Source: Candidatus Bipolaricaulota bacterium (GTDB lineage Bacteria; Patescibacteriota; Patescibacteriia; UBA11705; DATKZF01). From it: 64,000 bases of DNA. Location of the stretch: positions 69,751 to 133,750 of the forward strand of contig DATKZF010000002.1 in the NCBI GenBank assembly GCA_035528115.1. The letters are read 5' to 3'. How positions within the stretch are numbered: the first letter of the stretch is position 1; each line of letters opens with the position of its first letter. Both the position numbers and the translations under genes were made by a program. Of this stretch, positions 62,345 through 64,000 are shown one piece after another. The notes beneath the pieces are model-generated. The model did not search any database, had not been told where the DNA came from, and was given only the letters and a program-made list of their open reading frames with translations.

Positions 62345-64000
62345 TCAGCCGCCGCTCGGCGAGATGTCGCCGGTCGAGGTCAGACTGAACTTGATGCCGC
62401 ATGTGTACGCGCTGCCGTCGAAACCGCAGCGGCGAAACGGTCCGACATCATCGTAGAGCGAATCTCCATACTGCGCCCAAGCGCCCGACTCGCTCATGTA
62501 CGAGACGCTATACTGGCCGGCCAAGGTATTGGCGGGCAAAAGCAGACGGTAATAGCCGTCCGCGTCGATTGCCATTTGCATGCCGGATTGAAGCGACCAG
62601 CCCATGTCCGGCAATTCTCCAACCGCGAAAGCCGCGTTGGGCTTTCCGGTCAAGTATTGGCTGTTAAAGGCCAAACAGCGCTGACCGCAGGATTTCGCCG
62701 CCCAAAAATCGGGCGTCTGATCCGGCGAAGACTGAGGCGGCAATGACGAAGAAAAATCTTCGTCCGTTTGACCATCGCAGTTATTGTCCGCGTTGTCCTC
62801 CACTTCGGCGCTCGGCAAGACTTCATCTTGGATCGTCTGCCAGACGCCGTTGTCGCAATACTCGATTCGAGGCCGGCATTCTCCCACCCCGATCGTCTCG
62901 CTCGCTTCGGAATACGAAGTTTGCATCTGATGATCCACGCATTCTTCGTCGTCTTGCGGCGGATCGGGATATTGATTCCAGCCGTCGTCGGTCAGGCCGT
63001 CGCAGTCATTGTCTTGCCCGTCGTTTTGCTCCGGCTCGGGCAGGACCTCGTCTTGAGAAATGACCCAGTGTCCGCTTTGGCAGACCGAAATCTCCGGCCG
63101 GCAAGGACCGATGCCGAAGGTTTCGATCGATCCGGAGTAGGCGCTGAAAATTTGACCTTCTTCGCATTCGACAGGTGTCGAAAAATCCTCGTCCGTTTCG
63201 CCGTCGCAGTCATTGTCGAGGCCGTCCGCCGTTTCCGAGATTGGCAAGACCTCGTTTCTGATCTGATGCCAATCTCCGGCAAAACATTCTTCGATCTTGG
63301 TCCGGCACGAACCGACGTTCACCGTCTCGCTTGAACCGGAATAGGTTTCCAGCTCATCCCCATCGAGGCATGAGTTGCCTCCTCCTTCGGGATTTGCGAA
63401 ACACCGGTTGATGTTCTCGACGGTGATCAGGTCGCCGAAACCGGCGACGCTCATGAGCATTTGAGCCGCGTCCACGGTCCAGATCTGACCGCTCGCGTAG
63501 CCCATTTGCGAAAATACTTGAAAATTCGCGAACGGTCTGGCCACTCCATTGCCTGAAATGACAAAGACCGCGCCCTGGCCAAAGCCCTGATTGGTCAGAG
63601 CCGGTTCGGGTTTGACCAGCCGTCCGTCTCTGATGTGCAGAATGCCACCCTCATCGCAAACGGACAGCTTTTGCTGACCTTGCGACGCGGACAGCACGGG
63701 CATGTCTTCGGGCAGATAGCCCCAGCTTTCCGCGGCCAGCGCGGAAGCGAACTTGTAGATCATGCAGCCCTGGTCATTGGCCGATTGCTTTTCCAGCAGG
63801 TAATGCCAGCTGGCGCCGGCCACGCGAAAGACTTCGCGATAAGGCTGCCAGTCAACCGTCCAAGATTCCGGATAGCAGTCGAGCTCTGTCTGACTGACCT
63901 CCAGAATCAAGTTGGAGTCGAAGCCGTGAGCCAGGAAGACTTCCCAATTCACGACCCAGTGCTTGGCGCCATCGAGGAGAACGTAGACCTTGGGCTCGAG
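62345..64000 (-). CDS. Large GC-rich secreted/surface protein with three tandem MopE-like putative metal-binding repeats (D-x-D-N-D-C-D-G-x-T-D-E). 5' end beyond window
   Basis: The 5' end runs beyond the window, as the reading frame stays open to 64000. Three repeats are read directly: ...CRTKIEECFAGDWHQIRNEVLPISETADGLDNDCDGETDEDF, ...CRPEISVCQSGHWVISQDEVLPEPEQNDGQDNDCDGLTDDGW and ...CRPRIEYCDNGVWQTIQDEVLPSAEVEDNADNNCDGQTDEDF. Confidence 0.6.
   Translation of the reverse strand, partial: LEPKVYVLLDGAKHWVVNWEVFLAHGFDSNLILEVSQTELDCYPESWTVDWQPYREVFRVAGASWHYLLEKQSANDQGCMIYKFASALAAESWGYLPEDMPVLSASQGQQKLSVCDEGGILHIRDGRLVKPEPALTNQGFGQGAVFVISGNGVARPFANFQVFSQMGYASGQIWTVDAAQMLMSVAGFGDLITVENINRCFANPEGGGNSCLDGDELETYSGSSETVNVGSCRTKIEECFAGDWHQIRNEVLPISETADGLDNDCDGETDEDFSTPVECEEGQIFSAYSGSIETFGIGPCRPEISVCQSGHWVISQDEVLPEPEQNDGQDNDCDGLTDDGWNQYPDPPQDDEECVDHQMQTSYSEASETIGVGECRPRIEYCDNGVWQTIQDEVLPSAEVEDNADNNCDGQTDEDFSSSLPPQSSPDQTPDFWAAKSCGQRCLAFNSQYLTGKPNAAFAVGELPDMGWSLQSGMQMAIDADGYYRLLLPANTLAGQYSVSYMSESGAWAQYGDSLYDDVGPFRRCGFDGSAYTCGIKFSLTSTGDISPSGG

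Noticed and set aside
62336-63334. Plus-strand ORFs 62336..62746, 62401..62667, 62743..63063, 62768..63334 antisense to the MopE-like gene
   Set aside because: Arg-rich antisense artefacts of a GC-rich gene. The minus frame carries three clean tandem domain repeats.

Overview
The window reads as an AT-rich chromosome (by eye roughly 40% GC) from a reduced-genome bacterium. That it is CPR/Patescibacteria-like is inference from gene content and compact operons, not a database result.

The backbone is ordinary housekeeping and mostly syntenic:
- smpB with tmRNA, then infC-rpmI-rplT, tRNA-Asp and lgt
- a cardiolipin-synthase-like PLD, a fused pyrB-pyrI, then rpmE-prfA-prmC, rplY and a SEDS (rodA-like) gene
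- gyrB and secE-nusG-rplK-rplA
- a thyA-folA-dcd-dCMP deaminase-kinase-dut-tmk block
- gatB, miaA/miaB and a PP2C phosphatase
- mraY-murD-ftsW, iscS-nfu-iscU and rpmA

Core genes mostly start without a recognisable Shine-Dalgarno sequence.

About ten short, visibly GC-rich segments punctuate this backbone, and their genes carry canonical GGAGG ribosome-binding sites:
- 250-3700, 11400-12030 and 12990-13330
- serS at 30.2-31.5 kb, plus 39.0-39.4 kb and 42.2-43.1 kb
- 45.7-46.1 kb, 54.1-55.3 kb and 62.3-64.0 kb

They encode zinc-ribbon/collagen-like/coiled-coil membrane proteins, cysteine-rich and MopE-like repeat secreted proteins, and orphan hypotheticals. These look horizontally acquired.

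Two loci look like candidate undescribed systems:
1. An island of atypical composition between rplA and thyA (30.1-35.0 kb). It carries serS, an archaeal-type SAM synthetase, an S51 (PepE/cyanophycinase-family) peptidase, and a stand-alone AlaRS catalytic-domain paralogue with an N-terminal Zn ribbon.
2. A locus at 55.5-61.7 kb. It carries a GGCT/AIG2-like protein, a GT4 glycosyltransferase, an ATP-grasp ligase, and a GT2 fused to a C-terminal GDDD/DPPY (DUF43/BpsA-like aminopropyltransferase-like) domain. Immediately next to it are a pyruvoyl S-adenosylmethionine decarboxylase, a QueD/PTPS-family enzyme and a lipoprotein. This suggests aminopropyl (polyamine-type) decoration of a glycan or similar acceptor.

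The intergenic DNA is unusually repeat-rich for a small genome. There are several families of short dispersed or tandem elements, some placed directly upstream of r-protein start codons or directly after stop codons. No rRNA, CRISPR array or obvious transposase was seen.
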